Shown here in pieces: positions 1-9,111 of a DNA stretch of 32,000 bases. Below the pieces are notes generated by a model that saw only the letters and a program-made list of their open reading frames with translations, did no database searches and had not been told where the DNA came from. The stretch comes from Aciduliprofundum boonei T469 (GTDB lineage: Archaea > Thermoplasmatota > Thermoplasmata > Thermoplasmatales > Aciduliprofundaceae), in assembly GCF_000025665.1 (NCBI RefSeq), contig NC_013926.1:1440001-1472000 (forward strand), in the 5' to 3' direction. The position numbers were made by a program, and so were the translations under genes. Numbering within the stretch: position 1 is the stretch's first letter; each line of letters begins with the position of its first letter.

Positions 1-2
1 TT

Positions 3-584
3 TTAGCAGTTATGCTTTTAACTCTGCTGGGAGTGCCATGGATACAAAATGGCAGAATTGTACTTCACAGAGTGGACTTATTTTATTCGCTTCTCTCTGT
101 TGATATAGTCCTTTTGTTGATGCTCGTGCATAATAAGAGATACAAAGATGCAGTATACGGATTGAGATTTGCTTTAAAACCCACATTTCTTGGAGTGACA
201 TTCGCAGCCCTATTTATGAAGATAGCTGTACTACAAACAAATTCAATGCAATATACATATCAATTTTTCAATATGTATGGCATTCCCCCGTTCGTTGTTA
301 TAATCTTACTTCCATACCTTGCTGGACTTATGACTGGGGTTACAGTAGCTTATGTGGCTGCCACATTTCCGCTTCTGCTTCCTTACATTGGTTCTCCTCC
401 AAGTTTCACTGCCATCGCATTAGCTTACGCTTCTGGATATGCAGGACACTTATCCTCTCCCGTTCACCTATGCTTAGTTCTTTCCGCACAGCATTTCAAA
501 GCTGATGTATACAAGGTAATAAAAAGGGTGAGCCCGGCCATTATATTCGTAGTTGCAATAGTCCTAGCTATATACTTAATTTGA
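3..584 (+). CDS. Polytopic integral membrane protein, C-terminal fragment (5' end outside window); possibly DUF401/TIGR00529-like
   Basis: Frame 3 is open from the window edge to the stop at 582-584. The translation is a series of hydrophobic helices (FVVIILLPYLAGLMTGVTVAYVAATFPLLLPY; AIIFVVAIVLAIYLI). The family guess rests only on remembered motif pattern. Confidence 0.6.
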   Translation, partial: LAVMLLTLLGVPWIQNGRIVLHRVDLFYSLLSVDIVLLLMLVHNKRYKDAVYGLRFALKPTFLGVTFAALFMKIAVLQTNSMQYTYQFFNMYGIPPFVVIILLPYLAGLMTGVTVAYVAATFPLLLPYIGSPPSFTAIALAYASGYAGHLSSPVHLCLVLSAQHFKADVYKVIKRVSPAIIFVVAIVLAIYLI

Positions 585-724
585 TTCCTCTCAAGCTTCA
601 CCCATTCTTTTAAATTCGTGTAGATGAAACATTTTTACTTCTTTGCGGATAAAGCACATTTATTCTTTCCAGGTAAAGCCGCTTTTTAGGAACTACCAGC
701 AAGTTCCTTTACCTCCTGTCACCG

Positions 725-782
725 AAAAAGAGAATGTTCCGAAGGGAAGGGTTTGGAAAGGGAAACCGCAGGTGTCCCTTCC
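725..782 (-). terminator. tRNA-Arg trailer: GC-rich hairpin(s) followed by U-tracts (probable end of the ribosomal super-operon transcript)
   Basis: On the minus strand, 6 nt after the tRNA 3' end lies GGGACACCUGCGGUUUCCC (stem GGGA.ACC/GGU.UCCC, one mismatch). An alternative 7-bp stem GGAAGGG/CCCUUCC pairs 745-751 with 776-782. These are followed by UUUCC and further on a T5 run (A5 on plus strand, 725-729). Archaeal termination at oligo-T is established; use of this particular site is inference. Confidence 0.35.
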
Positions 783-784
783 AG

Positions 785-858
785 TGGGCCCGCCGGGATT
801 CGAACCCGGGTCGTGGATTCCGAAGACCCACAGTCTATCCTGACTAGCCTACGGGCCC
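785..858 (-). tRNA. tRNA-Arg, anticodon TCG
   Basis: Reverse complement is GGGCCCGTAGGCTAGTCAGGATAGACTGTGGGTCTTCGGAATCCACGACCCGGGTTCGAATCCCGGCGGGCCCA. It has a 7-bp acceptor stem, T-arm CCGGG-TTCGAAT-CCCGG and anticodon loop CTTCGGA (U33, TCG, G37). CCA is not encoded. Manual fold shows one G:A mismatch in the D stem and an ambiguous 26/27 junction. Confidence 0.85.
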
Positions 859-866
859 ATTAAATT

Positions 867-1730
867 TCAGAATTTCTTTGGTTCCATCACAACTCTAAAA
901 GGTTTAGCAATGATATTATCTTCCAAAACTACAATGGAAACTGATATGAGCTCGCCATCCGAAGTATAAAGAGCAACATAGTTCCCTTTCTCCACATTAT
1001 CCATCTCAGTTACTCCTGGCTTATATAGAGGAGCACCATGAGCTAAAGCATTCACCGCAGAATCCTTCACTATTATCTTGGGAAGAAATGAAACTATATC
1101 CTCAGCAGGTCTAATTATGTCCCGTATATATTTTTCCTCTCCATTCTCTTTCCAAAATATGTAAGCATCTAGCAAATCTTGCAAAGTATGTGCATCCTCC
1201 TCCCTAAAATGTCCAGTGGCGGTTCTGCGTAAATCTTCCATATGAGCACCTATACACATTGCCTCCCCTATGTCGTTGCAGAGAGTTCTTATATATGTGC
1301 CAGATTCAACTTTAGCCCGAAAGAGAACATCCCTATCTAATAAATCTAAAATCTCAATAGAGTAAACTTTTCTCTTTCTTAATCTCCTAGCAACTGCAGA
1401 TCTCAAAGGAGGAACCTGATAAATTTCTCCTTCAAATTCCTTCATTATCTCCCTTACCTTATTTTCATCAAAATCTTTATGAAAGCGCATAACTCCCACA
1501 TATTCCTTTGGAACAAGATGAAGAAGATTAATGAGCTTAGTAGCTCTTCCTAAACCCACTGGTAGCACTCCTGTTACCTTTGGATCAAGAGTTCCAGCAT
1601 GACCTGTCTTGTTTATATGCAATATGTCACGAACCCACGCGCTTACCTGATGACTTGTGGGACCTTTTGGCTTGTCTATTATGACCACGCCGAAATTTAG
1701 TAGATCTTCAACGCTGCGCTTCAACACCAC
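867..1730 (-). CDS. cbf5: tRNA/rRNA pseudouridine synthase Cbf5 (TruB family, H/ACA RNP catalytic subunit) with C-terminal PUA domain
   Basis: Carries the TruB catalytic motif region KPKGPTSHQVSAWVRDIL...GHAGTLDPKVTGVLPV. Conserved position at the end of the archaeal r-protein/secY/adk/cmk cluster. 287 aa, no longer in-frame start available, so it lacks the ~40-aa N-terminal extension I recall in Pyrococcus Cbf5. Confidence 0.9.
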   Translation of the reverse strand: MVLKRSVEDLLNFGVVIIDKPKGPTSHQVSAWVRDILHINKTGHAGTLDPKVTGVLPVGLGRATKLINLLHLVPKEYVGVMRFHKDFDENKVREIMKEFEGEIYQVPPLRSAVARRLRKRKVYSIEILDLLDRDVLFRAKVESGTYIRTLCNDIGEAMCIGAHMEDLRRTATGHFREEDAHTLQDLLDAYIFWKENGEEKYIRDIIRPAEDIVSFLPKIIVKDSAVNALAHGAPLYKPGVTEMDNVEKGNYVALYTSDGELISVSIVVLEDNIIAKPFRVVMEPKKF

Positions 1731-2247
1731 TCTCCTCCATTATAATTTTAGTTATCTCTTCAGGAGTTAAATTATCACTATCCACTATTAAATCATAAAT
1801 GCTCAAATCATCAAAATCTATATTATAGATTTTTTTATATCTTAATTTTTCACTCTCCTCACGGTAAACCGTCTCCTCTTTTACCTTTTCGAAAGAACCA
1901 CCTTCTCTTCTCCATATCCTTTCAATACGCACAGGTAGGGATGCATTAACATACACTTTGAATGCCGGAATTCTATTTAAATATGCAAGCCATCCACTTA
2001 ATCTAGAATCTAAAATTATATTATCGTTTTCCTTTGCAAACTCGATCAATCTTCTATCAATTTCCCTATCAACATCCCAGTTATTTTCAGCATATTTGCT
2101 AAACTCTACCAGGTCCATATTATGCTCCTTAGCCATATCTCTAAATATATCTCCTCCGGATATTAACTTATATCCCAATTTTTTAGATAGAATCTTAGCC
2201 ACTGTAGTTTTTCCGCTTCCCGGTGGGCCACTAATTGTTATCCTCAT
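1708..2247 (-). CDS. cmk: Cytidylate (CMP) kinase, archaeal type
   Basis: P-loop MRITISGPPGSGKTT, ~179 aa, conserved position after adk/DUF106. Overlaps cbf5 by 23 nt. Confidence 0.9.
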   Translation of the reverse strand: MRITISGPPGSGKTTVAKILSKKLGYKLISGGDIFRDMAKEHNMDLVEFSKYAENNWDVDREIDRRLIEFAKENDNIILDSRLSGWLAYLNRIPAFKVYVNASLPVRIERIWRREGGSFEKVKEETVYREESEKLRYKKIYNIDFDDLSIYDLIVDSDNLTPEEITKIIMEESGVEAQR

Positions 2248-2915
2248 TCTACCGCCTCAATCTCAGCTGGGAGTTCTTTAACCTTTTTTCGGAACTCCAT
2301 ATACTTAAATATATATGTAACCACCCAGCTGAGTGGCATAGTAAAGGCAGAATATATCAGGAGCCAATTTGGAAACAAGTACTGAACTCTATTAAGCTCA
2401 ATTACATTGCTCCAAGGTATGGCTACAAGGGTATAATGTGCCTTTGTTTGGAGAAATATCCAAAGCCATGTAAAGATGGATATAACAATGAACATAGTAA
2501 ACATGGTGGCTTTCATACTGTTGCTCTGTATCTGCATATTCTCTGCCATATTCTTTGTCTGGATCTTTTTGAGTTTTTCTATTTGATTCACATCTTGCTT
2601 TCTCACTGCCTCTCTGTATACCTTGTTAAAAGCTTTCATCTTCGCTTGCATTCTAGCCATACTTATCCAATCAGTATAATGGTGTCTTGCCCAAGTATTA
2701 ATTAGAGTCACTAAGAGCCCTGTGGCAAGAAAGGTATAAAGCGGATAATTATAATTAAAAGCAAAGAGAGGCTCTAAAATAACTCCTGCCGCCATGCCCA
2801 ATGCTTCCCTGAGACTTGGGATAAACAATACCATAAACATAAGGAGAGTTATCATCATATACAAACTGCTCATACTTGATTGTCTAGGAACTGCTGAGGG
2901 CACCTCTTCTGTCAT
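2244..2915 (-). CDS. DUF106 / EMC3-TMCO1-like membrane protein (archaeal YidC/Oxa1-superfamily-like insertase candidate)
   Basis: Three hydrophobic helices with a basic coiled-coil segment between TM1 and TM2 (MARMQAKMKAFNKVYREAVRKQDVNQIEKLKKIQ). Conserved location between adk and cmk in archaea. 4-nt overlaps with both neighbours. Confidence 0.75.
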   Translation of the reverse strand: MTEEVPSAVPRQSSMSSLYMMITLLMFMVLFIPSLREALGMAAGVILEPLFAFNYNYPLYTFLATGLLVTLINTWARHHYTDWISMARMQAKMKAFNKVYREAVRKQDVNQIEKLKKIQTKNMAENMQIQSNSMKATMFTMFIVISIFTWLWIFLQTKAHYTLVAIPWSNVIELNRVQYLFPNWLLIYSAFTMPLSWVVTYIFKYMEFRKKVKELPAEIEAVE

Positions 2916-3466
2916 TTTAAAGCCCCCATAAATCTATCGACCGCTTTTTCCAGCTCTCCTTCATTATTCTTCAATATCAACACCGTTGCTCCTGTATAGA
3001 TAGAACATGCAAAGGCAGTATATCTATTTACCTTTAAATGCTCCTCTATATCCTCTATGCCCTCAAAATCCCTCTTCCTCGTTGCATCTCTTTTTCTTCT
3101 TTCAAATATTTCAGCTGCACTGGCTTCTATTACAACGATCATCTCCGGCTTCATCGCATCCAGAACCCATTTTGGCAATCCAGGAAAGTATCCTGCAGGA
3201 GTTTTTATGGTTAAATGTGTATCAACAATCACATCATTCATCTTGGCAATTTCCTCAGCAGCTCTTCTTTGAAGATCTCTTTGAGTAGATACTGGCAATT
3301 TTCTCATCTCATCTCTATCATTTACCAATCCCTCTGCTTGAGCCATTTCAAACATTAGAGTACCATAGTTTACAATAGGATATCTTGATCTCTTCGCCAC
3401 TTCATTCAATATACTCGTTTTTCCGACTCCAGGCACTCCTGCAGCCACAACTCTCATTTTTATCAC
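2912..3466 (-). CDS. adkA: Adenylate kinase, archaeal type
   Basis: P-loop VVAAGVPGVGKTS, ~184 aa, immediately downstream of secY as in most archaea. Confidence 0.9.
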   Translation of the reverse strand: MIKMRVVAAGVPGVGKTSILNEVAKRSRYPIVNYGTLMFEMAQAEGLVNDRDEMRKLPVSTQRDLQRRAAEEIAKMNDVIVDTHLTIKTPAGYFPGLPKWVLDAMKPEMIVVIEASAAEIFERRKRDATRKRDFEGIEDIEEHLKVNRYTAFACSIYTGATVLILKNNEGELEKAVDRFMGALK

Positions 3467-5262
3467 TCAAAGAACTGCCTTATTACAGGATGCATCTCCA
3501 TCAACTGCTCTTTACCCATCGCTTCGTATAACTGGATGAGAATTCCCACAGTTAACAGCACACCAGTACCAGATGTATTTCCCACAGTGCCTATAAGGTC
3601 AGCAAAGGCAGCGAGAGCACCCACAGCAGCTCCACTGAATATGGTAACTGCAGGTATATATTTGTTTAATATTTTTTCAAGTACCGCAGGACTGCGTCTG
3701 AATCCTGGAATCTGCATCCCGCTTGATTGTATCTGCTTTGCAATTGCCTTTGCGTTCATATTTGCAGTCTCGATCCAGAACTTGGCAAAGATAATACTCA
3801 TCCCTATCATAAAGCTTACAAATATTACCACATTGCCAACCAGCATCCAGTATGTTTGATATGTAAACACATAATGGTACGCCTGGGGATTTATCAGCGG
3901 CAAGAGCCAGTAGCTCAAACCTCTAACCCTATTAAGATAATACGCAATGCCGCCGATGGGCGTTGTGGTTTTAATTCCCCACTCTGCCGCTTGCTGAGGC
4001 GTAGGATAAGCCCCCAACCAAGGATTGTGTCCCAGTATCGGTATCTGGCTCAATGTGGGATTGCTCCAGAAGAGAATAGACCACATGGCAACATTTGCCA
4101 ATAGAGCTGAAGTAAGTATGACAGGGATGTTGGATGAATACATCAACTTTATGGGATACCTACCACGAGCACCACGAGCGCGCTCGTGAGCCAAAGGTAA
4201 TTCTATTTTTATACTTTGCACATAAGCAACGAACAGGAATATTATAGTAGTCCCTATAAGGGCAATTATTGGATTTGGTGGAGCAAACAAAATTGATTCT
4301 ATTCTACCACTATAGAGCTGTGCAGCACTGCTGTGCGTTAATATATAAATTGTTTTAGGTATTGTACCGCTAGGAGGATTGTGAATGCTCAAAGGCATAT
4401 TGGGATGAGGAGGAATCCAAGACACTACTCCTGTAAAAATAGCCTCTGAAACTCCAGCGGCTATGAATAAGGATATACCAGAGCCGATACCCCATTTTGA
4501 TACTACCTCGTCCATAAGGAAAACTAGATATGAACCGAAGAATAATTGTAAGACGATTATGAGCTGTGCTAAGAACATGCCATGGCCAGGTGCAAATGCA
4601 TCAAGGCCTTTTACAAAGGTATTTGAGGGTTGCAAATAACCAAAAACTTGCGGGATCGCTTCTACGAAAATCATAATTATGACCAATAACTTCTGCGTGC
4701 TTTGATATATTGCCTTATCATCATCCTTTGTCAAATCTATATTGAAGAGTTTAGCACCCACAAACAACTGCATAATAATACTTGCAGTAACTATTGGACC
4801 TATACCCAAGTGCACTAAGGAGCCAGAAGCACCGGCCATTATAGCACGGAAAGATGCAAAAAGATCTATTGTTTTAGCCCTATCCAATCCGTAAATGTAA
4901 ATGTTGGTGAGGGAGAAATAAATGAGTAGCGTAAGGAATGTCCACATAAGCTTATGTTTAAATTGCACATGTCCCTTAGGCTTTCGAATTATCGGAAGAT
5001 AATCTAAAACGGGCTTCAACCCATAAAGCTTGCTCTTATCTCCATTATATGAAACAATAAGATACCCCAAATAAAATAGAGGGACTGACCATAATACATA
5101 TACAAGAAAATCAACCCATTGCACAGTCATTATTTTCCACATCTCTTGCAAACCAAGAAGTTTCCAGTTCACTATAGAGAAATAAAGGTATGTGAATACT
5201 ATCCATGAGATCAGTACTGGTAGAGCCAGTCCCTTTTTGCGGGGTATCTCTTCCTCAGACAT
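3463..5262 (-). CDS. secY: Protein translocase subunit SecY, unusually long (599 aa from ATG 5262; 606 aa from ATG 5283)
   Basis: Canonical SecY blocks are present: GIGPIVTASIIMQL, VSKWGIGSGISLFIAAGV, RYPIKLMYSSNIPVIL, GTGVLLTVGI. ATG at 5262 overlaps the rpl15 stop by 8 nt and is preceded by GGTGGTGA, whereas ATG 5283 has no SD. Confidence 0.92.
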   Translation of the reverse strand: MSEEEIPRKKGLALPVLISWIVFTYLYFSIVNWKLLGLQEMWKIMTVQWVDFLVYVLWSVPLFYLGYLIVSYNGDKSKLYGLKPVLDYLPIIRKPKGHVQFKHKLMWTFLTLLIYFSLTNIYIYGLDRAKTIDLFASFRAIMAGASGSLVHLGIGPIVTASIIMQLFVGAKLFNIDLTKDDDKAIYQSTQKLLVIIMIFVEAIPQVFGYLQPSNTFVKGLDAFAPGHGMFLAQLIIVLQLFFGSYLVFLMDEVVSKWGIGSGISLFIAAGVSEAIFTGVVSWIPPHPNMPLSIHNPPSGTIPKTIYILTHSSAAQLYSGRIESILFAPPNPIIALIGTTIIFLFVAYVQSIKIELPLAHERARGARGRYPIKLMYSSNIPVILTSALLANVAMWSILFWSNPTLSQIPILGHNPWLGAYPTPQQAAEWGIKTTTPIGGIAYYLNRVRGLSYWLLPLINPQAYHYVFTYQTYWMLVGNVVIFVSFMIGMSIIFAKFWIETANMNAKAIAKQIQSSGMQIPGFRRSPAVLEKILNKYIPAVTIFSGAAVGALAAFADLIGTVGNTSGTGVLLTVGILIQLYEAMGKEQLMEMHPVIRQFFE

Positions 5263-5680
5263 AGACCACTTCACCACCCACATCTTCTATTTTTTCAACG
5301 GCATTAGAAGATGCATATTTAACTTTAACTCTCATCTTCTTGGTTACTTTACCTTTACCAAGAAGCTTATTTATTCCCATTTTGCTCAGATCCACCTCGT
5401 ATATATCTCCATCAAGTTTTGCAAATCCATTCTCCACCAGAGCGTCTATGTTCTCATTAAGTACTCCTATATTTATCGTGTTGATCTCCTCCTTGGGATG
5501 ATGCGATGTAAATCCATGAGCTCCCCAAAGATATTCTGGATGCTTTAAAGCAAAACTCCAGTGATGCTTTCCAAGACCTGCGTAGCCGCGCCCTCCTTTC
5601 CTCCCTGCACCTCTTCTTCCCTTTATTCCATGTCCATAGGTATTTGAACCACGCATTTTTCTTGATTTTTTCCTTGCCAT
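5255..5680 (-). CDS. rpl15: 50S ribosomal protein L15 (uL15)
   Basis: Sequence MARKKSRKMRGSNTYGHG..GRRGAGRKGG plus operon position. GGGGGTGG SD upstream. Confidence 0.95.
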   Translation of the reverse strand: MARKKSRKMRGSNTYGHGIKGRRGAGRKGGRGYAGLGKHHWSFALKHPEYLWGAHGFTSHHPKEEINTINIGVLNENIDALVENGFAKLDGDIYEVDLSKMGINKLLGKGKVTKKMRVKVKYASSNAVEKIEDVGGEVVYV

Positions 5681-6157
5681 TTATTCCACCCCCGGTCCAA
5701 GCATTCTCAAAATAAGCTCGTTTATCTTTTCCCCTCTATATCCAAGGGCACCACCTTCGGTGAAATGTCTCTTAGTTTTCTCCCAGCCTTTTAATGGAGG
5801 GTGCAATCTAAAAACTGGCTTTACATTAGGGATGTCCTTATAAAGCACTTTTCCTTCAACTATTGCATCTGCCAATGCTGAGATGTTTTCAAATCCCATC
5901 TTCTCTTTCACATATTTGTCGGTTATAGGCTCGTCACCATATAACCTGCCACGAGTTCTTATCAATCTCTCCAAAGTATCCTTATTTATCTCACCCCAGG
6001 TTACATAATCTTTGACTTTTTGAAGCATACCTTTATATGAAGGGGTTTCCGGTATAAGAACACAGTGGTTAATTCTAGTTAAATTCAACATTTTTAGTGT
6101 GTCGCTTATCTCCTTTCTAACTCCAGTCCTACCTCTAACTCTGATCACTGCTAACAT
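5681..6157 (-). CDS. rpl30: 50S ribosomal protein L30 (uL30)
   Basis: Sequence [13 protein letters not shown]...TLKMLNL plus operon position. GGAGGTG SD upstream. Confidence 0.95.
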   Translation of the reverse strand: MLAVIRVRGRTGVRKEISDTLKMLNLTRINHCVLIPETPSYKGMLQKVKDYVTWGEINKDTLERLIRTRGRLYGDEPITDKYVKEKMGFENISALADAIVEGKVLYKDIPNVKPVFRLHPPLKGWEKTKRHFTEGGALGYRGEKINELILRMLGPGVE

Positions 6158-6788
6158 TCTCTACACCTCCTTTGTAAATTGGCATAATTAAACGGGGATT
6201 AACCCTAACTATTGTGGTTTGCTTTAAGGCATCATAAGTTGCAACAGCATAATTCACGGTGGTCTTCGTATGTCCCTGCGTAAAGCCCCAAACATCTTTA
6301 ACTCCTGCAAGCTGTAGTATCGTTTTTGCCACATCCCCCACTGCCAGTCCAACACCCTTTGGTGCAGGCTTTAAAGTAACCCTAACAGAGCCACATTTGC
6401 CAGTAACTTTGAAGGGTAAAGAGTGGGGCATACCGCATCCGCATTCCCAAGAGCCACAACCACGCTTTATTTCAATAATATTTAGCTTCGCAACTTCAAT
6501 TGCCTTTCTTATGGCAGCTCCAACTTCCTTAGCTTTTGCCTTTCCTATACCAACAAATCCATCTCCATTACCTACAGCAACCATAACTGAGAATTTTGTT
6601 CTTCTACCGCTATCTGTCATACGCTGAACCATTCTAACATCAATTACCTCTTCCTTAAGATTTGGAAGCAGAACATCAACTATCTCTGGCTCCCTCAGAG
6701 GTAAATTGCTTCTCAATGCTTGGGACATGTTGGTAATCTTTCCCTCATAAACGAGTTTCCCAAGCCTTGTTTTTGGCTCCCAGTCCAT
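6135..6788 (-). CDS. rps5: 30S ribosomal protein S5 (uS5)
   Basis: uS5 blocks [34 protein letters not shown] plus operon position. Overlaps rpl30 by 23 nt. Confidence 0.95.
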   Translation of the reverse strand: MDWEPKTRLGKLVYEGKITNMSQALRSNLPLREPEIVDVLLPNLKEEVIDVRMVQRMTDSGRRTKFSVMVAVGNGDGFVGIGKAKAKEVGAAIRKAIEVAKLNIIEIKRGCGSWECGCGMPHSLPFKVTGKCGSVRVTLKPAPKGVGLAVGDVAKTILQLAGVKDVWGFTQGHTKTTVNYAVATYDALKQTTIVRVNPRLIMPIYKGGVENVSSDQS

Positions 6789-6790
6789 TT

Positions 6791-7294
6791 TTATACCTCC
6801 ATTTTAGCTTTAACTTCTTCAAACATTTTTGCAATCTCCTCAGAGATGTGCTCACCTTTGATTCTATCCTCAGAAGGGTAAACTTCTTCACTATGGGGTA
6901 CATACAAACCTGCATCCACCATTCCTTTCAGAGCTGCAAACACCCTTGAACCTTTTACCGGGCTCTGAAGCCCAATATCCAAAACTGCCTCTTCTATTCC
7001 CTTCTTAAGTGCTAATTTTCCTGCAAGATATCCAGTTAGGTACGCAGCAGGGGTGTTCTTGAAAGAGCCTTTCCATCCATACTTCTTCAAATGTGAGGAA
7101 TTTACACCCACCAGTATCTTATCACCATCATCATGATACTCTACAATCTGCACAATTACATACCTCAAAGTTTTTCTTACAACTGCTCTCGGCTTACCGG
7201 ATTTGAGATATGCTAGCCTCTTTCTGTAATTCGTCTTACCTTCTCTTCTCCTCCGCATCTTTACCCTATATATTGCATTTCTTGCCATACTCAT
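6791..7294 (-). CDS. rpl18: 50S ribosomal protein L18 (uL18)
   Basis: Sequence [14 protein letters not shown]...YVIVQIV plus operon position. Confidence 0.95.
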   Translation of the reverse strand: MSMARNAIYRVKMRRRREGKTNYRKRLAYLKSGKPRAVVRKTLRYVIVQIVEYHDDGDKILVGVNSSHLKKYGWKGSFKNTPAAYLTGYLAGKLALKKGIEEAVLDIGLQSPVKGSRVFAALKGMVDAGLYVPHSEEVYPSEDRIKGEHISEEIAKMFEEVKAKMEV

Positions 7295-7752
7295 TCCTCC
7301 TTAATGTACCCTTCTGCCTTTAAGTGCATCAAGAGATGGCTTCTGCTTTTAAATGTACCACCTTTAGCGAGCCTGTAAAAGCGTCTGTAAGCGTGCCTGT
7401 CTATCTTTCCACTATCCCTCAAATCCTTGAGGGTGGCTCTTATGGGTCTTATGGTCTTCATCCATCTCTGTTTCCTGGGATATCTTGCATACTTCTTTCC
7501 CTTTCTTGAACCTGGGCCCTTGCGACGACCCTTTTCCTTCTGCATCTTTATGTAATTTGCCCTTACCCTTGAAGTTCCCTTTATCTTCTTCCTCTTAATC
7601 AGCCCTCTCTTTATCAGCATTTTAATATCCTCTCTTGTTACAGCTTCTTTAATCTCATCTAAAGCATTCGGGTCCATCCAAACTCGCTCTTCACCACATT
7701 TTAATATGCTCGCAGCCAATCTTCTCTGAAACTTGACATCCATCTCACTCAC
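7291..7752 (-). CDS. rpl19e: 50S ribosomal protein L19e
   Basis: Sequence [21 protein letters not shown] plus operon position. Confidence 0.95.
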   Translation of the reverse strand: MSEMDVKFQRRLAASILKCGEERVWMDPNALDEIKEAVTREDIKMLIKRGLIKRKKIKGTSRVRANYIKMQKEKGRRKGPGSRKGKKYARYPRKQRWMKTIRPIRATLKDLRDSGKIDRHAYRRFYRLAKGGTFKSRSHLLMHLKAEGYIKEE

Positions 7753-8158
7753 CCCTAAGCATAGGATTGAGCACCCTTATATTGAGCTCCTTCGCCTTTT
7801 TCTCTATTTCCGTTCTCTTTTTCACCCCAACCCTGCTGGCAATTCTTATTGCCTCTCTCTCGGGGTTTATACCTTCTAAATCTTTCACATTGTGAACGAG
7901 AACCTCTTTAAAGCCAGAAGGATGCAAACCGCGAACTTTCCTTGGACCTCTATATCCAGAATCAACCACAGGAGGTCTATAACCTTTATGCTCCCTCATC
8001 TTAGAATGCTTACCCTTGGGTCTTCTCCAATGATCTCCCAACCTCTTGTAGCGGAACCACTCTTGCCTCCTGAACCATGGCCTTTTGCGATTCATCTCAT
8101 TACGAAGCTTTAAAAGCCTTTTTTCTTCATCTGTAAGTTTTGGCTTAATCTTGGTCAT
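7745..8158 (-). CDS. rpl32e: 50S ribosomal protein L32e
   Basis: Sequence [30 protein letters not shown] plus operon position. Confidence 0.95.
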   Translation of the reverse strand: MTKIKPKLTDEEKRLLKLRNEMNRKRPWFRRQEWFRYKRLGDHWRRPKGKHSKMREHKGYRPPVVDSGYRGPRKVRGLHPSGFKEVLVHNVKDLEGINPEREAIRIASRVGVKKRTEIEKKAKELNIRVLNPMLRGE

Positions 8159-8163
8159 TTAAT

Positions 8164-8700
8164 TCACCCCTTCTTAACTATGTAAATTCCATCTTGGAAC
8201 ACGCGAGGATCTCTATTCTTTATTCTCGTAGCCCTCTCAATATTCGCCGCAGTTTGACCTGCATGCTCCTTGTTTATACTCTTTACAATTACCATATCTC
8301 CCTTTATCTCAACCTTTGCATCGCCGAAGATGTCTGCGTATCTTGGAGATCTCTCACCCATGAAATTCTCAATTACAACCTTATTTCCCTTAACTGTTAC
8401 TTTCATAGGGAAGTGAGCGTAAAGGATTTTAAGATGATATTCAAATCCTTCAGTAACTCCCTTGATCATATTGAGCACATGAGCTTTCCAAGTGCCTGCT
8501 AGGGCGTATTCTTTCTTCTTTGGCAATGGACAATAAACAATAATCTTGCCCTCTTCTATTTTCATCTTAACTCTCGTATGCTTGAATTCTCTAACTAATT
8601 CACCCTTTGGACCTTTGATGTGAAGATCAAATCCGTCCAAACTGGCTTCAACGCCTTCGGGAATCGTAATTTCATGCTTAACTATATCTGCAACTGGCAT
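8164..8700 (-). CDS. rpl6: 50S ribosomal protein L6 (uL6)
   Basis: Two-domain uL6 pattern (ITIPEGVEASLDG..., ...HFPMKVTVKGNKVVIENFMGE) plus operon position. Confidence 0.95.
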   Translation of the reverse strand: MPVADIVKHEITIPEGVEASLDGFDLHIKGPKGELVREFKHTRVKMKIEEGKIIVYCPLPKKKEYALAGTWKAHVLNMIKGVTEGFEYHLKILYAHFPMKVTVKGNKVVIENFMGERSPRYADIFGDAKVEIKGDMVIVKSINKEHAGQTAANIERATRIKNRDPRVFQDGIYIVKKG

Positions 8701-8710
8701 TCATACCACC

Positions 8711-9100
8711 TCAGTACACATAGGCCAACAGCTTTCCTCCAACACCCATCTTCTTCGCCTCACTATGGGTCATCACACCTTTATTAGTGGTGATTATGAG
8801 TATTCCGAAGTCCTGTGCTGGCAGGTACCTTGATTCAAACTTCTCCAAGTCATCTCTCTTAACCGCAAACCTTGGTTTTATTGCCCCACATCTGTTTATT
8901 GTTGCTCCAAGGTGAACCTTGAAAAGACCTCCCCTTCCGTCCTCAACATACTCAAATTCTTCAATGTATGAGTGGTCTTGCATTATTTTCAGAACTCTAC
9001 CTATTAGCTTCGAGGCTGGCTTTATTATTACATCTCTCCTTCCAGCCATAGCAGCGTTGTTTATGCGCGAGAGCGCATCACTTAATGGATCATTCTGCAT
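8711..9100 (-). CDS. rps8: 30S ribosomal protein S8 (uS8)
   Basis: Sequence [16 protein letters not shown]... plus operon position. GAGGTGATGAAAAATG start context. Confidence 0.95.
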   Translation of the reverse strand: MQNDPLSDALSRINNAAMAGRRDVIIKPASKLIGRVLKIMQDHSYIEEFEYVEDGRGGLFKVHLGATINRCGAIKPRFAVKRDDLEKFESRYLPAQDFGILIITTNKGVMTHSEAKKMGVGGKLLAYVY

Positions 9101-9111
9101 TTTTCATCACC

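Noticed and set aside
643-843. 66-aa plus-strand ORF overlapping the tRNA-Arg region
   Set aside because: It runs through the reverse complement of a well-formed tRNA and its trailer hairpin and has a non-ATG start, so it is spurious.
5017-5019. In-frame TTG that would give a canonical-length SecY and make the N-terminal extension non-coding
   Set aside because: It has no SD upstream. It would leave ~240 nt untranslated in an otherwise gap-free operon, and the upstream frame is open and encodes two clean hydrophobic helices. It is kept only as an alternative to test.
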